Assembly (NCBI RefSeq): GCF_006345805.1
Contig: NC_043000.1
Coordinates: forward strand, 101,804,001 to 101,868,000
Length of the DNA stretch: 64,000 nt
Origin: Octopus sinensis
Lineage: Eukaryota
Direction of reading: 5' to 3'
Part shown: one piece after another, positions 1-13,880 of the stretch
How positions within the stretch are numbered: position 1 is the stretch's first letter
Layout of the letters: every line of letters begins with the position of its first letter
Program-made: the position numbers and the translations under genes
The notes under the pieces: model-generated
The model's database searches: none
Told to the model about the DNA's origin: nothing
Seen by the model: only the letters and a program-made list of their open reading frames with translations

Positions 1-253
1 TCCTTGAGCAAGACACTTTATTTCATGTTTCTCCAATCCACCCAGCTGGCAAAAATGGGTGGTACCTATAATTCAGAGGGCCGACCTTGTTGAACTCTTT
101 GTCACACTGAATCTCTTTAAGAACTACCTTATGAATACACATGTCTGTGGAGTGCTCAGCCACTTGCATGTTAAGTTTATGAGCAGGCGGTTCCAAGGAT
201 CAAATCAACTAGAATATTCATCATTGTAGTTGACAGACTGCCTGGCTTCGGAC
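1..253 (+). mobile_element. tRNA-derived SINE (same family as 21506-21832), 5' end cut by window edge
   Basis: Begins tccttgagcaagacactttatttca and follows the 21506 copy through gaactac...gtctgtggagtgctcagccacttgca, with divergence. Confidence 0.8.
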
Positions 254-314
254 ACTATTATCAATCTATTTTCTGGGTCATATTGTACCTCTGTCATCAC
301 CCTATTCTGTACAT

Positions 315-385
315 CAGGGGTCTCCAACTGCTTGGTCATGGACCAATAACAGGCCATGGATCATTTGGAACCAGGTCACACAGAA
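315..385 (+). mobile_element. hAT-like terminal fragment
   Basis: CAGGGGTCTCCAAC at 315-328 resembles hAT/Charlie-type termini; no partner end found. Confidence 0.35.
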
Positions 386-544
386 AGAATAAATTTTTCA
401 ATTCATTTCTATTTTATTGACTATCGCAATACACAGAGTGTGTTTGCATTATATATGTAATATATATATATCTCAAGAAGACCTGTCCTCCACAGCATAA
501 GTGTTAAGGTCACTTTCGCTGATGAAGAGAATTGATCTGCAAGA

Positions 545-1030
545 GCCCTGTGCCAGTGTCATGTAAAAAGCACTCATGCCAGCACCACATAAAAGTACTT
601 GTGCCAGTGCCACGTTAAAAGCACCCGGCACACAATTTAACCCTTTCGTTACCAACCCGGCCAAAACTGGCTCTGGCTCTGTAATACAAATGTCATGTTT
701 TCATAAGTTTTGCATTAAAATATACCACCAAACCTTAGTCACAATTTATGTTCATAATACTTGCTGAATGATAACTAAGTTATTTTACTAAATTCTTTGT
801 TATATTTAAAATAATTGAAAGAAACACAGAGCATCTCAAAATAAATACAGTAACGAAAGGGTTAAAGTAGTGGATGCTGAGAAGGGCATCCAGCCAAAGA
901 AACGAAGCTAAATCAGACTGGAACGTGGTGCAGCTCTCCTGCTTGTCAGCTCTGGTCAAACTGTCCAACCCATGCCAGCATGGAAAACTGATGTTAAGGG
1001 ATGATGATGATGATGATGACAATGACAATG
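545..1030 (+). mobile_element. RTE-tail-related SINE, split by the piggyBac MITE
   Basis: aagggcatccagcc...ctgtccaacccatgccagcatggaaa ending in (gat)n; same family at about 7480-7690, 14020-14350 (-), 49545-49685 and 56693-56746 (-). Confidence 0.7.
641..861. mobile_element. piggyBac-type MITE (221 bp)
   Basis: 12-bp TIR CCCTTTCGTTAC (641-652) / GTAACGAAAGGG (850-861); TTAA duplicated at 637-640 and 862-865. Confidence 0.9.
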
Positions 1031-2814
1031 TCGTCATATATTGCAGTACTCCACAACCTTTTTCCACTTACAGTACACTTATATTCTTTTCAAAGTTCAA
1101 CAGCACTCCTGAATTTAAAATATAACCAAAAGTATAGGGAAAAAATTATATTCAGGCTACACTACGGCACACCTGATATCATCTCATGGCACATCAGTAT
1201 GTCAAGGCAAACTGGTTGCAGAACACTGGTCTATTGTGTATGTAATATTATGCACATTATTGTATTTTGTTGTATCCTGGTCTTTGGAAAAATTTTCTTA
1301 TACAAAACTGGTTTGCAAAAATGGTTACCCATCTTAGATAACAGTGCGCGCCAATCATTCATTCCTTATTACACATCCTTCTTATCACTTACCTCTATAA
1401 TACAGGCTTCTCTTTTTTTATGTTTCTATCACTCATGCATGTCACTCTCTGAAGAGATTGCAGAGTGAATAGAGAGGAAGAGTTGCAAAGTCCTTTTGGT
1501 AATGTTGAGGACATGGCTACATCTCTAATGCTGTTGCCATGAAAAATAATCACTCAGTACACTCTCTAAAATGGTTAGTGTTATGAAAGGCATGCAGTCA
1601 TAGAAACCGAGCCGAAAATGAAACACATGAGCAAAATGCAGTCCTCCTATTCATTTGGGTGAACACTATCTGCAAATACATGCTAACTCTAACTGTGACA
1701 ACATTTACAACCTGTGCAAGCATAGAAAATGGACTTAAAAAAAATGATGTGATGATGATATATGTATGTGCCTGTGTGTTTATATATATGTGTGTGTGTG
1801 TGTACACATTTGCAAGGCATTAAGAACATTTTTATGTAGTCGCTTCAAATCGCTTCTTACTCTTTAAAAAAAAAATTTCACATTGCAATATGTAGTTTTA
1901 ACTAGATATGTTGACTGAAAAAAATATATAAATAAAAAAACATAAAAAAATAATAATAAGATATGATAGTTACTGCTAGAACACTATTAATCACATCTCT
2001 GCTTGATAAAATCTGGCTTGGGGCTAACCAAAAATAACTACAAACACACAGATACACAGACACAAAGACATACACACACACAAATATACACACACACAAA
2101 TACACACAAGCACATACATGATCACTCATATTCACGCTCTCTCTCTCTCTCTCAAACATACATGTGTGTATGATTAGCAAGAAGTAAGAAAAATAGCTAC
2201 AAGAATTAGTTTTGACTAGTCATATCATTTTGTTTCAGCTGATTGGCCTTAATTTTAAAATATGTATGAGCAAATTAGTATCTGTAGCTCATTTTCAGAC
2301 CCAGACAGCTCACAGAAAATATTGTCTAGACCAGACACATTTTTATCCTTCATCTTTTACCCTTTTATTTGTTTCAGTCAGTGGATCATAGCCATGCTGG
2401 GGCATCAGGCATTACCTTGAAGAGTTTTAGTCAGAAAAAGTACTTATGTATTTTTTGTTTTATTTTTTAAGTTTAGTTTTATTTTTTAAGTCTCTTTTGC
2501 CGAACTGCTAAGGTACACGGTTGAAAATAAAACAGCGCTCATTGTCAAGCAGTGGGGAGGGAAGTGACAAACACAAACACAAAGACACATACACATACAC
2601 ACACACATATATATGATGAGCTTCTGCAGTGTCTATCTACCAAATTCACTCACAAGGCATTAGTCATCCTAGGGATGTAGTGGATGACACATATGCAAAG
2701 TGCTGTACAGTGGGACTGAACCTGAAACCATATGATTGCAAAGTGAGCTTTTTCACCACAGATATACCTGCACTTGAAAATACTTATTTTCATTTTTATT
2801 ATTTATTGCATTAG

Positions 2815-3032
2815 CAAGTGGCAAGGTGGCAGAAATGTTACCACGCCAGGTGAAATGCTTAGCAGTATTTCGGTTGTCTTTACGATCTGAGTTCAAATTC
2901 TGCCAAGGTCGACTTTGCCTTTCATCCTTTCAGGGTCGATAAATTAAGTACCAATTGCGTACTGGGGTTGATCTAATTGACTGGCCCCCTCCCCCAAAAT
3001 TTCAGGCCTTGTGCCTAGACTAGAAAAGATTA
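2815..3032 (+). mobile_element. SINE, family B (about 220 bp)
   Basis: ggcagaaatgtta...gagttcaaattc (B-box-like)...gtcgactttgcctttcatcc...ataaattaagtacc; further copies near 4290, 4890, 6800 (-), 25740 (-), 40090 (-), 44030 (-), 47470, 59600 (-), 60530 (-). Confidence 0.8.
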
Positions 3033-3589
3033 TTTATTGGATTAGCTGCGACATTATCCTTTGCAGCTTCTAAGGAGCTGATGAAACCCTTTTAAACAGT
3101 TACAAATCAACAGCTGTCACAAAATATCTGCAGGGGGTAACTTCAGAATACCAAAATTTTAGGGAGAAAGGATAGAGTACTAATATTCTAGAAAGTAAGG
3201 ATTAAGCATAGAGGTCTGTTATGTAGTTGGTGGTGGGTGGATGCAACATAATGACAAGAAGAGTCAAGAGTATTTGATTAGTGGTGGCAGGAGACCAGCC
3301 ATCCTCAAGTAATTGGAAACTACTGTAATAACAGTTGAGAAGAGCAAAAATACAGGAAACTACAACTGTAGGCCAAAGGCTGAAGTTTGTTGGTCAGTGA
3401 GTAATAGTTAACTTTCCTTTAATCCTTAGATGACAGCACTGATCTATTGGCCGAAAAGTCAAATGACAAAGAAGATTGTATTAGTTAATTCAGTTTCCTA
3501 CAAGTATATATATAGTTTTATATATATAAAGTAATTCCTTTATTTTTTAATTTTTTTTTTTTAAATAAGTGCATGCCTTCTATAGGGCT

Positions 3590-3681
3590 TTTGAAAAGGG
3601 CTCCATCCGAAATCCGCCGAAACTACACCTGATTATATATACACTTTAGATGAGTTGTAGTGCACCTGAGCACTGTACACA

Positions 3682-3718
<37 letters not shown>

Positions 3719-3730
3719 TATTATTATTAT
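3590..3730 (+). mobile_element. Probable LINE 3' end with (ATT)n tail
   Basis: gatgagttgtagtgcacctgagcactgtacacaatt followed by (att)n; related inverted segment near 60830-60890. Confidence 0.45.
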
Positions 3731-4532
3731 ATCTTGGCACAGAAAATCCAAATGAGGCTTCATCTCCAAAAGGTTAAACTGTAACCTAGGGTGTGTTTGT
3801 GTGTTTGTTACAACAGCCATATCATCTCAGAGATGAGAAAAATACTCCCTTGTGTGTTTCCCATGAGTTTTATAGAGTCAGTTTAGGACTGTTTTAGCAA
3901 TATCATAGATTCCACCCCTCTTTGGGCAAAACAATGCATTGGTGTCTCTACATTTATTAGATCCAATTCCCTGCCTCTCTCTCTCTCTCAATTGTATCTA
4001 TAATTCAAAGACCCAATGCTGTTCCATTGTATCACTCTGATAATTGCTTTAAGAGTTCACCTGTTAGAAGAATACTCTGCTTTGGTTTCCCATTAATTTC
4101 ACATGAAGAAATCCATTTAACCAAACAACTAACTGAATATGCATTGCTGAGACTGGAAGAACCATCATCATAAAAGCAAATACCAATCATATACTGGGAA
4201 AGATCATATTGACCACAACCTTCCATAAATTTCATGGCCTTGTGAACATATTAGAGACCATTATTCTTAAAATCATTATCATTATCATGGAGGTAGGGAA
4301 CTGGCAGAAACATTAGCATGTCAAACAAAATGCTTAACAACATTTCATCCATCTAAATGTTCTGAGTTCAATTTCTACTGAGGTCAGTTTAGCCTTTTGT
4401 CCTTTTGAGGTCAATAAATAGGTACCAGTTGAGCACTGGGATCAATATAATCAACTTACCACCTCCCCAAAATTGCTGCCCTCATGCCAAAGTTTGAAAC
4501 CATTATTATTATTATTTAAATTTTTTTAATAT

Positions 4533-4872
4533 TATTATTGAGTGAGAGAGCAGTGCATGCCATCAAAGTGACACTGGGATAAAATATATGGAGCCCAGTA
4601 TACCCATCATGACTACCTGTCTGATAAGGGTACGCTAGGCACATGCATCACAACCATGTGTGTGCAACATGGTGATCTCATATCAAGATAAACAGCACAT
4701 GACCTTGCAGGTGGGGCCCAGTTAGAATTTTCTTCTGGTCGAGTAACCCATCCCACTCAAAAGGTCCCTGAATAAGGGTTGTTTAAGGGTGTTGAACGAA
4801 ACATGCATGTTTCCAGAGGTGAATTATTCAAACCCCAAAGAATCCCTCTCAACACATGGCTATGATGCTCTT
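4533..4872 (+). mobile_element. Interspersed repeat (SINE-like family E)
   Basis: gagtgagagagcagtgcatgccatcaaagtgacac...gctatgatgctc; reverse-complement copy at about 59127-59555. Confidence 0.75.
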
Positions 4873-6427
4873 CCTATTATTATTATCATGAAGGTGGTAT
4901 GCTGGCAGAATCATTAGTGCATTGAACAATATGCTTAAGGGTGTTTTATCCATTTGTCTTCAGAGTTTGATTTCCACTGAGGTCAGCTTTGCCTTTCATC
5001 CTTTCGAGGTTGATCAAATAAGTACCAGTTGAGTACTGGGGTCATTATAGTCGACCAGCCCCCTCCCCTAAAAGATTTCAGGCTTTGTGCCTACAGCAGA
5101 AAGAATTATTATCATTATCATTGAGATCAGTGAATTAGCAAAATCATTAGAGCCTCAGAAAAAATGCCTTGCAGGATTTGTTCTGACTCTTTACATTCTG
5201 AGATTAAAACCCATTGGAATCAGCTTTGCTTTTTATCCCTTGGGTGGGTGGGGGTGTCAGCAAATGAAGTACCAGTCAAGAATTGGGATGGATATACTGG
5301 ATTAAGCCATCAACCACATATTTGTGGTTTTTGTACCTATGTTAGAAGTTATTGTTACCATTATGATATACTTCACATAGGTGCAGACAGAGGTTAGTTG
5401 TTAAGAAGTTTGCTTCTCAACCATGTGGTTTTGGGTTCATACTACTGCATGACATATTGGCCAGGTGTCTTCTACCTAGGCCACTGGCCAGCCAAAGCCT
5501 TGTGAGTGGGTTTGGCAGACCGACACTGAAAGAAGTATCATGTGATAGTTGCTAATGAGTACCGCAAGCATACAAGTGGAGTTATTCATTACCAATTATG
5601 TCCACTCATGCGGAAATGTTGCCTGCTTCAGATACAAATGAAGGTTGGTGACAGGGAGGGCATCCATCTGTAGCATATCTGCTTCACAGAATTCTGTCTA
5701 ACCCATGCAAACATGGAAAAGAAGACATTAAAATGATGATGATCATGATCATGATGTCTGGTGATCTAGAAAATAAGTACCGGCCTGATACTAGAGAAGT
5801 AAACTGCCAACAACCAACAAATAACCCAAACAAAAATTCTAATACCAGTTATCACCTTCTGTGAATACTTCAACTCATTATTACCTCCAAGAAAGACTGA
5901 AGACATATCGCTGTCTTTTGACTGCAAAGTAATCAGAAGCTAAAACAAACGTTAGTTATTTAGCTCTTACCATACCTCATCATAAAGAATATATGGAGAA
6001 GTAGATAAGTAGCATAGGAAGCATCCAACCATAACAATACTCAAATAATATGCTTCAGTACATAGATAGATCTGTTTATATTGAGTTACCTAATGGAATA
6101 GCAATAACTATACACTAGAATAGGTATTTAGGTTACAAGAGCAGGCAAGTGGTGCACGTATGAAAGTGCAACAATATCATATATATATATGCATATGCAC
6201 TAATACACCCAATATGTGTTAAGCTTGTGTGTGTGTGTTTGTGTGTTTATAAGTATATGTATGCACACATATATATGTATATACAATTTTCAAACTGTTA
6301 GCATCATTCTGTTCTGTTTTCAAAAATTTTCTTTTAAACATTTAATAATTTTTTAAGAATTTCTTTCTTCAAAGATATATATATACATATATATAAATAC
6401 ACACACACACACATCTCTCTCTCTCTC

Positions 6428-6493
<66 letters not shown>

Positions 6494-7779
6494 CATAAAT
6501 AACTTATGTGTATAAATAATCATCATCATTGTTTTATGTCTACTTTCCATGCTGGCAAAAGTTTGTTGGATATTTGTTAGCTATCACTGTCTGAATCAGT
6601 TCTTATCAGGAGCTGCAGATCTCTTAGGTCAGAGACCCAGATCTTGTCCGTAAATTTCATTTTGGCAATGGTTTCTCTGCATTTTATCATGGTACCAGCA
6701 CTAGTGTGAGGTTGTCATGTTCTTGACAAGTTAAAATGAAAAGGTCCTCTTGCCATGTTGAAAGGGATCAAAGCAATCATTGAATTACTTTCCTGTCTAA
6801 CGATATATTGGTTTCAAATTTTGGCATAATACTAGCAATTTTAAGGGAAGGGACAAGTCAATTACATCGACTCCAATGTTCAACTGGTACTTATTTTATC
6901 ATCCTGAAAGGATGAAAGGCAAATTTGACCTTGGCAGAATTTGAACTCAGAATGTAAAAACAGACAAACTGCTGCTAAGCCTTTTGTTTGGCATTATAAT
7001 GATTCTTCAAGCTTGCTGCACTAACTGTCTGATGAAATATTGAGAAGCATTCAAAGATGGAGTACAGTTCAAAAGTGTTTCTGCCAAATATTATTATCTT
7101 CAGCCTCTATCACTACCACAGTTTTATATTCAACTGTTCATGCTTCCATAGATGTTGAGTTTTCTCCAGCTTCCACATCTTATATCTTTTATCTTATTTC
7201 AGTTATTAGACTGTGGACATGCTGGGGCACCACCTCGAAGAACTTTTAATCAAATGGATTAGCCCCCAGTACTTGCATTTTATTTTATAGCTTGTTACTC
7301 ATTCTATCAGTCTCTTTTGCTGAACCACTAGGTTATGGGGATGTAAACACATTAACAGCAGAAATGTTAAGGCTACTCCTCCTGGTGAAGAGGATTGGCT
7401 TTCAAGAGTCCTGTGCCAATGCCACATAAAAAGCACTTTTCCCAGCACCACAGCAAAGCGCTTGCGTTGGTGCCACATAGCAAGCATCCAGCACACTCTG
7501 TAAAGTGGTCAGCATTAGGAAGGACATCCTAAGTCATAGAAACCATTACAAAACAGACTGGATCCTGGTGCAGCTCTCCACCTTGCCAGCACTGGTCAAA
7601 CTGTCCCAACCTATGCCAACGTGAAAAACAGACATTAAAGGAGGAGGCGGAGGAGGAGGAGGAGGGGATGATGATGATGATGATGATGCCTAATACCAAT
7701 CAGCATGGTTGTTTATCATGTCCTTCATGAAGTACAAACAGCCTGAGATCAGCTCTCACTACTTTGTCCCAAGTCCTTC

Positions 7780-8050
7780 TCTGTTTCTCTCTCTCTCTTC
7801 CACAGGTTCCATTCAGTTTGAGCATTCTGTATACAGCTGTCCTGTGCATATGCATTATATGCCCATTCCAATGCAGCTTTCTCTTTCACACACAATATCT
7901 GCTTCCTCTTCTGTTCAGTTTTACCTTCAGCTCATTTGCACTTTATTGTTCATATTAATACTACACATCCAGCATATACTTGCTTCATTTCTTTCCATTC
8001 TTCACAAATCCTCTGCAAGCAAAGCTAATTTCTTGCAATCATGCAGTGTT
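7780..8050 (-). mobile_element. RTE-clade LINE 3' fragment (decayed)
   Basis: Minus-strand translation KEKLHWNGHIMHM...LNGTCGR resembles the RTE ORF C-terminus (RLRWxGHxxRM...GxxGRGRP). Confidence 0.55.
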
Positions 8051-8504
8051 GCATGATCTGTATATATATAAATGTGTGTGTGTGTGTGTGTGTGTGTGTA
8101 CACATAAAGTTGCCATTGATTACCAATGCAGGCAATAACTTCAGCAACGTCTTGCACCCAGTCATTCTGGTAGCACTCTGTCTAATACCTCGACCAACAA
8201 TGATAGGCGTAGAACTAAGCATGGCTGTACAAGGAAGGTTATTTAGGTGCAACCTCCCATTCAACAGTTCAGATTCCATCTACCTAACCCTCTCAAGGTT
8301 TTGGTTGGCCTAGGGCTATAGGAGAAGACACTTGCCATAGATGTCATGCAGTGTGACTGAACCAGTATCATATGGTTCAGAAGCTAACTTCTTACCACAC
8401 ATCCATGCCTGCACCTATACACAGCCTTAAACATGCATACATACACACACACACATGAACATATATATATATATATCAAAATAAGTAACAAGAATGATTC
8501 CGGT

Positions 8505-8595
8505 AATTTGGTACGATCGTTTCGTAATACATCATTTTATTAAATGTTGTAAGTATTACAACAGTTTTAAAATGCTGAGCACTCATCAGCCAATT
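8505..8595 (-). ncRNA. Type I hammerhead ribozyme motif in a Penelope-like terminus, core intact
   Basis: Minus strand: AAUUGG-CUGAUGA(8589-8583)-G...C-GAAA(8523-8520)-CGAUCG-UA-CCAAAUU. Helix I is UUGG/CCAA, helix III is the palindrome ACGAUCGU, and the predicted cleavage is after GUA (8512/8511). Confidence 0.75.
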
Positions 8596-8816
8596 ATAGA
8601 GGTTTTCCATTAATACAAAAATTTTTCATATCCAGTGGCAACATTATAGAGAAGGTGTATATATATAGACAAAGATGTGGATTTAAATTTTAAGAACATT
8701 TGAGGTAGTGGAGCCCATCAACTGACTGACTAAGATTTGGTTGTTTCAGACTCCTGTAAGGTTCTGAGAGGGAAGAATAAGAATAAGAACAATATATATA
8801 TACATATATATATATA

Positions 8817-9150
8817 TTGTTGTATTTCAGGATGGTCTTTTTTTTTGCCAAATAAACACATGCACTATATGTTAGGTCTTCACACATTTATTACTGTTCT
8901 TATTTTAACTCATGTCCATTGTCTGGAAATCTTTTGTCACACATCTATGACCTCTTCAGCAACACTTTCCACCCTCATGTTTACTCCTGCTCTGCTTAGT
9001 CCATTGAAATAAGAACAGTAATAAACGACTGAAGAACGAATATACAGTGCATGTGTTTATTTGGCAAAAAAAAATAAAGAAGAATGACCATCCCGGAATA
9101 CAACAGTATCAGTTTTAACACACGGTTTCACATCAGGAATCTTGCAACAC
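8817..9150. mobile_element. Penelope-like terminus present as inverted (tail-to-tail) copies
   Basis: tgttgtatttcaggatggtc...gccaaataaacacatgcact (8817-8870) recurs reverse-complemented at about 9045-9105; family also at 19070-19150 and 38521-38880. Confidence 0.6.
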
Positions 9151-9235
9151 AAACTCATAAATACATGTGTGTGTGTGTGTGTATGTATATATATATATAT
9201 ATATATATAAATGTGTGTATGTATGTATATGTACA

Positions 9236-9308
<73 letters not shown>

Positions 9309-9919
9309 GTGTGTGTGTGTGTCTGTGTGTGTGAATTTTCCTAAAATATTTGATCCATAAGCTGTAGTCAAACAAAATATATTTTATTTTACCTCTGACT
9401 CATTGCAAATATGTGTGTGTAATATGTATTGATGTATATACATATATGTGTGTACGTATATGCAAAATATTTCTGGCATATTCACTTGTTATTATGTTCT
9501 TGGAGAAAGAAAATGCTATTCTATGACATTGGTACTTTTCTTATCTGCTGTTGCAGTATAAATGAAATGAAAAGCCGAGTAAATTACCAGAATGTAGACT
9601 TTATTGACCAAGAACTTCCTCCTCACGATTTCCTGCTTTGAGTATTGGTAATTACTAAAGGTCTAGTGGTTCACGTATTGCATTTATAATTGTAAGATTG
9701 TGGTTTCAATTCCTGGGCTGGGCAGTTCTTTGTGTTCATGAGCAAAACATTTCATGTCACATTGTTCCAGTTCAGTGACCTCTAAGTTAGTAAGTTTGCA
9801 ATGGACTGGTGTCCTGTACAGGAGGAATATTGTGATCTCAGTCACTTATATGTCATAAAAACCAGGTAACCTGCCTCATGAGTGTTTGAAATTATTGTAT
9901 TATTTTATCTGGTTTCACT

Positions 9920-11052
9920 CATTAGACTGCAGCCATGCTGGGGCAGGTTTTTTTCTTCACCTCTTGCACATCTGCAAAACATTTTCCTTTAAGGACTTTT
10001 TCATTTGGAGGAACAAAAAAAAAGTTGCAAGGAGCAAGGTTGGGTGAATAGCGAAGGTGGGTAAGTGGGGTCTTTCCATTTTGGGACAAAAACTGTTTCA
10101 CACTCAAGGCAGTGTGTGCAGGTGCATTGTCGGGATGAAACCACCACTCTTCACTTTGCCACTGGGGAGGATATTTTCATCTCATCGCGTCTTGTAAATG
10201 CTTCAGAACTGCCAAGTAAAATGTCTGGTTAATAGTTTGACCAGGAGGAACATATTCTGTGTGCACAATTCCTTTCGCATCAATAAAAAAAATCAGTATT
10301 GTCTTGACATTGGATTTCACTTGATGCACTTTTTGGGGGGCATGGTGATATTGAATGCTTCCATTGACTTGATTACTGCTTTGTTTCTGGGTCGTAGCCA
10401 TAGCACCAGCTTTTGTCACCAGTGATGACCTTCAAAAAGAGGTCCAGATCAACTTCCAACTCTTCTTTCAGTTCATGACATGTATTTAACCATGACTGCC
10501 TGTGATCTTCTGTGAGCATGCAAGGTGCAAATTTTACTACAACTCTTTTGATTCACAATTCCTCAGTGAAAATTCGTTGGCAGGAGCTCCAGGGCACCAG
10601 TCATATCAACATGTTTGTCAATTGTTCAGCAATTGTCCTCCAAGATCAGGTCATGAATTTTCGTGATGCTTTCATTCATTTGTTCAGGAGGTCACCAGTT
10701 GCCCTAAACAAGATTGATCTTCAAGTGACAAATGACCACTCGTAAACTTGTGTTTTGCTCATGGCAGCATCCTTATAAGCTGATGTTTCGGCCAACATCA
10801 TCCCCAGCATAAAACAGAATTTCACGGAAGCACACTGTCCATTCATTTCAGCCTCTGCAAAAATTGATGAACAGGGAAGAAGCACTGCCAAACAAAGACA
10901 CACTATGTGGCAGTACGATTCTACATGCTGCTGCCGGTCAGCAGACTGATGCCTAAAGAATGCATCAAGTGCCTTCTAGCAGCAGAAGTCTAAACTACAA
11001 TGAGTTTGTCTCATAGAGAACATTTCCAGTTATTTTTGGGTACCACCTCATG
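9920..11052 (-). mobile_element. Mariner (Tc1/mariner) transposon relic, frameshifted
   Basis: ORF pieces EMNGQCASVKFCFMLG...MSKTQVYEW; KGIVHTEYVPPGQTINQTFYLAVLKHL; YSPNLAPCNFF (YSPDLAP motif); TIR-like gaggtggtacccaaaaataac on the minus strand near 11050. Confidence 0.85.
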
Positions 11053-11623
11053 TTATCCACTGTCTCTTCTTTTTCTTTTAAGTCAATCAGGTGTAATATG
11101 AAAGAGAGTTGGCTGTTATTTCCACAGGTCGAGTGACCACTTAGAGGCTTCTTTTGTTGGCTTTTCACTTTTGCATTTGTCTGTCTACGATTCATCCAAC
11201 AAGCTTGGTAGCTAATATACATATTAGTTAATATTTTTTCCATGCCATTGTTTGTTTGTACACACATGCACACACACATGCATACACGCACACACCCATA
11301 CATGCACACACACATATTTATTATTAATAAAAAAAAATAAAAGAATATTTAAAAAATTTTCAAAATATGTATCTTCATGTTTTAAGTTCTATTTTTCTTG
11401 TTTGTATCACCAAACCTACACACACACACACACATACACAAATACACACACACACACAGAGAAACATTGCTCCTATGTATTGTAAATAAAATATTGTACA
11501 TATTTTATACATAGTTAATATTCTATTTGTATTTCTAAACACACATATACACGCATGTATACAATATATACAGACACAGCTGTAGAATAAAATCAATGGA
11601 AAGCAATGGTACATACATATATT

Positions 11624-11671
<48 letters not shown>

Positions 11672-12101
11672 ATATATGGATATATGAACGAAGTATTTCT
11701 TTCTCCCCCATGTACCATGTACCACCACCTCAGGGGAGGGGAAAAAAATACATTTCTTTGGAAGCTCTGATGAAATAATACTTCAAATACACTACAGGCC
11801 TTTTTCATAATTTTACAACCATGCAGAAAATTATGTTGATAAAAATATCACAAGCACTGTGACCATGCTTTAGTCAATAAATGTTTCATCTGTTTGATAT
11901 AAAACAACCAATACTGCTTTGAAATTCTCTCAGGTTGGGTTTTTTTTGTTTTGTTTTTTTTACCTTAAATTCATTTTTTTTTTGTATGTGTGTGTGTGTT
12001 TTGTATCTGAAATAGATTGCTTAAATGCAGTCAAACATACAGACTCATTTTATCTCTTTGCTTCTCTCTCTATCTGTCTGTCTTTTTCTCCATCTCTTCA
12101 T

Positions 12102-12135
<34 letters not shown>

Positions 12136-13116
12136 CTCTCTCTCTCTTCCCTGCTATCTGTCTTTCTGTGTCTCATGCACACACATTTATGCATTACATA
12201 CGGATATATCTATACAAATGAATGTACACGGGTACATACACATATTTATATTGGCATATTTATACGCATGTCTAATGTTACAATTATAGCTGTATATTTT
12301 CACAATTGTGTACACACTCTTGTTTGGACACGCATCTCATAGAATTACATATATACATATACATACATACACACATACATAGATACATACATACATACAT
12401 ACATGGATACATATATAGATACATATATATACACACACACACATATGCATACGCTCATGTTTATGTGAGCAGCAGTCATATGCATATATAATGTGCACCC
12501 ACTGTGTTAAGAATAAACTATCATAACATCTGTTTTTTGCTCAAACAGGTACAAAAAATTGTTTCCTACCCTGATTCATCTTCAATGTCTTTGATGGAGA
12601 TAGTAAATGCTTCACTATTCTAGCGAGTATCCAGTTTAATCTACAATAGACTGTCCTTTATAGCTACGATTTTTCAACCTTCTTTGTCCTCTATCGCACT
12701 GAGAAAAGTGCTAAAGATATCACAGCACATCATCAGATTTTAAAAATGCTTTATTGTTTATGAAGATGCATATTGGAAACAGATTGTTTTGAAACAGGGA
12801 TAGGTTACAACCATTGCTTGATGTCTAGACAAAGGTATGCACAAACAAATATGCACACACACACATGCGTATATCTTCAATCTTTTACTTGTTTCTGTCA
12901 TTAAACTACAGCTATGCTGGGGTACCACCTTGTAGAGTTGTTAGTTGAATGAACAACCCTAGTACTTATTTCTGTTTTTAAAGACTGATACTTATCCCAT
13001 CAATCTTTTGCTGAACTTCTAATTTACAGAGACATAAACACACCGACACTGGTTGTCAAGCAGTGGCTGGAAAAACACAAACTTAAAGAGACACACATAG
13101 ATCTATATATATATAT

Positions 13117-13325
13117 ACTCTTTACTCTTTTACTTGTTTCAGTCATTTGACTGTGGCCATGCTGGAGCACCGCCTTTAGTCGAGCAAATTGACCCCAGGA
13201 CTTATTCTTTGTAAGCCCAGTACTTATTCTATCGTTTTTTTTTGCCGAACCGCTAAGTGACGGGGACGTAAACACACCAGCATCGGTTGTCAAGCAATGC
13301 TAGGGGGACAAACACAGACACACAC

Positions 13326-13360
<35 letters not shown>

Positions 13361-13523
13361 CATGTATACGACTGACAGGCTTCTTTCAGTTTCCACTCAC
13401 AAGGCATTGGTCGGCCCGGGGCTATAGCAGAAGACACTTGCCCAAGATGCCACGCAGTGGGACCGAACCCAGAACCATGTGGTTGGTTAGCAAGCTACTT
13501 ACCACACAGCCACTCCTGCGCCT
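13117..13523 (-). mobile_element. Full-length tRNA-derived SINE, family A (about 400 bp)
   Basis: Minus: aggcgcaggagtggctgtgtggt (A box)...gggttcggtccc (B-box region)...internal (TA)n/(TG)n...gactgaaacaagtaaaagag; highly similar copy at 48131-48534, degenerate copies near 2360, 34560, 46480, 53110, 53890, 54372. Confidence 0.9.
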
Positions 13524-13691
13524 ATATATATATATATGATACACTTCTTTCAGTTTTTGTCCATAAAAGCCACTTGCAAGGCTTTGGTCAACTCAAGGCT
13601 ATAGTAGAACACACTTGCCCAAGATTCCACACAGTGGAACGGAACCCAGAACAGTGTGGTTGGGAAGCAAACTTCTTACCACACAGCAATA

Positions 13692-13728
<37 letters not shown>

Positions 13729-13880
13729 CATATTGAATTCATCTGTGGGGCAGAGTCCTCAACCGATGTCTGGTGATGCATACATACATACATACATGAG
13801 TTAGCACATAAATGCAAAATAAGGGGGGAAAATAATACTCGAATACCAAAGGTAGAGTAATATCCTTTTTGTATTAAAGC

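Noticed and set aside
3078-3118. CTGATGA ... AACAGCTGTC (palindromic helix III-like)
   Set aside because: GAAA is missing and helix I does not pair; at most a heavily decayed relic.
4032-4235. 67-aa non-repetitive ORF
   Set aside because: No recognisable domain and no convincing splice-site pair.
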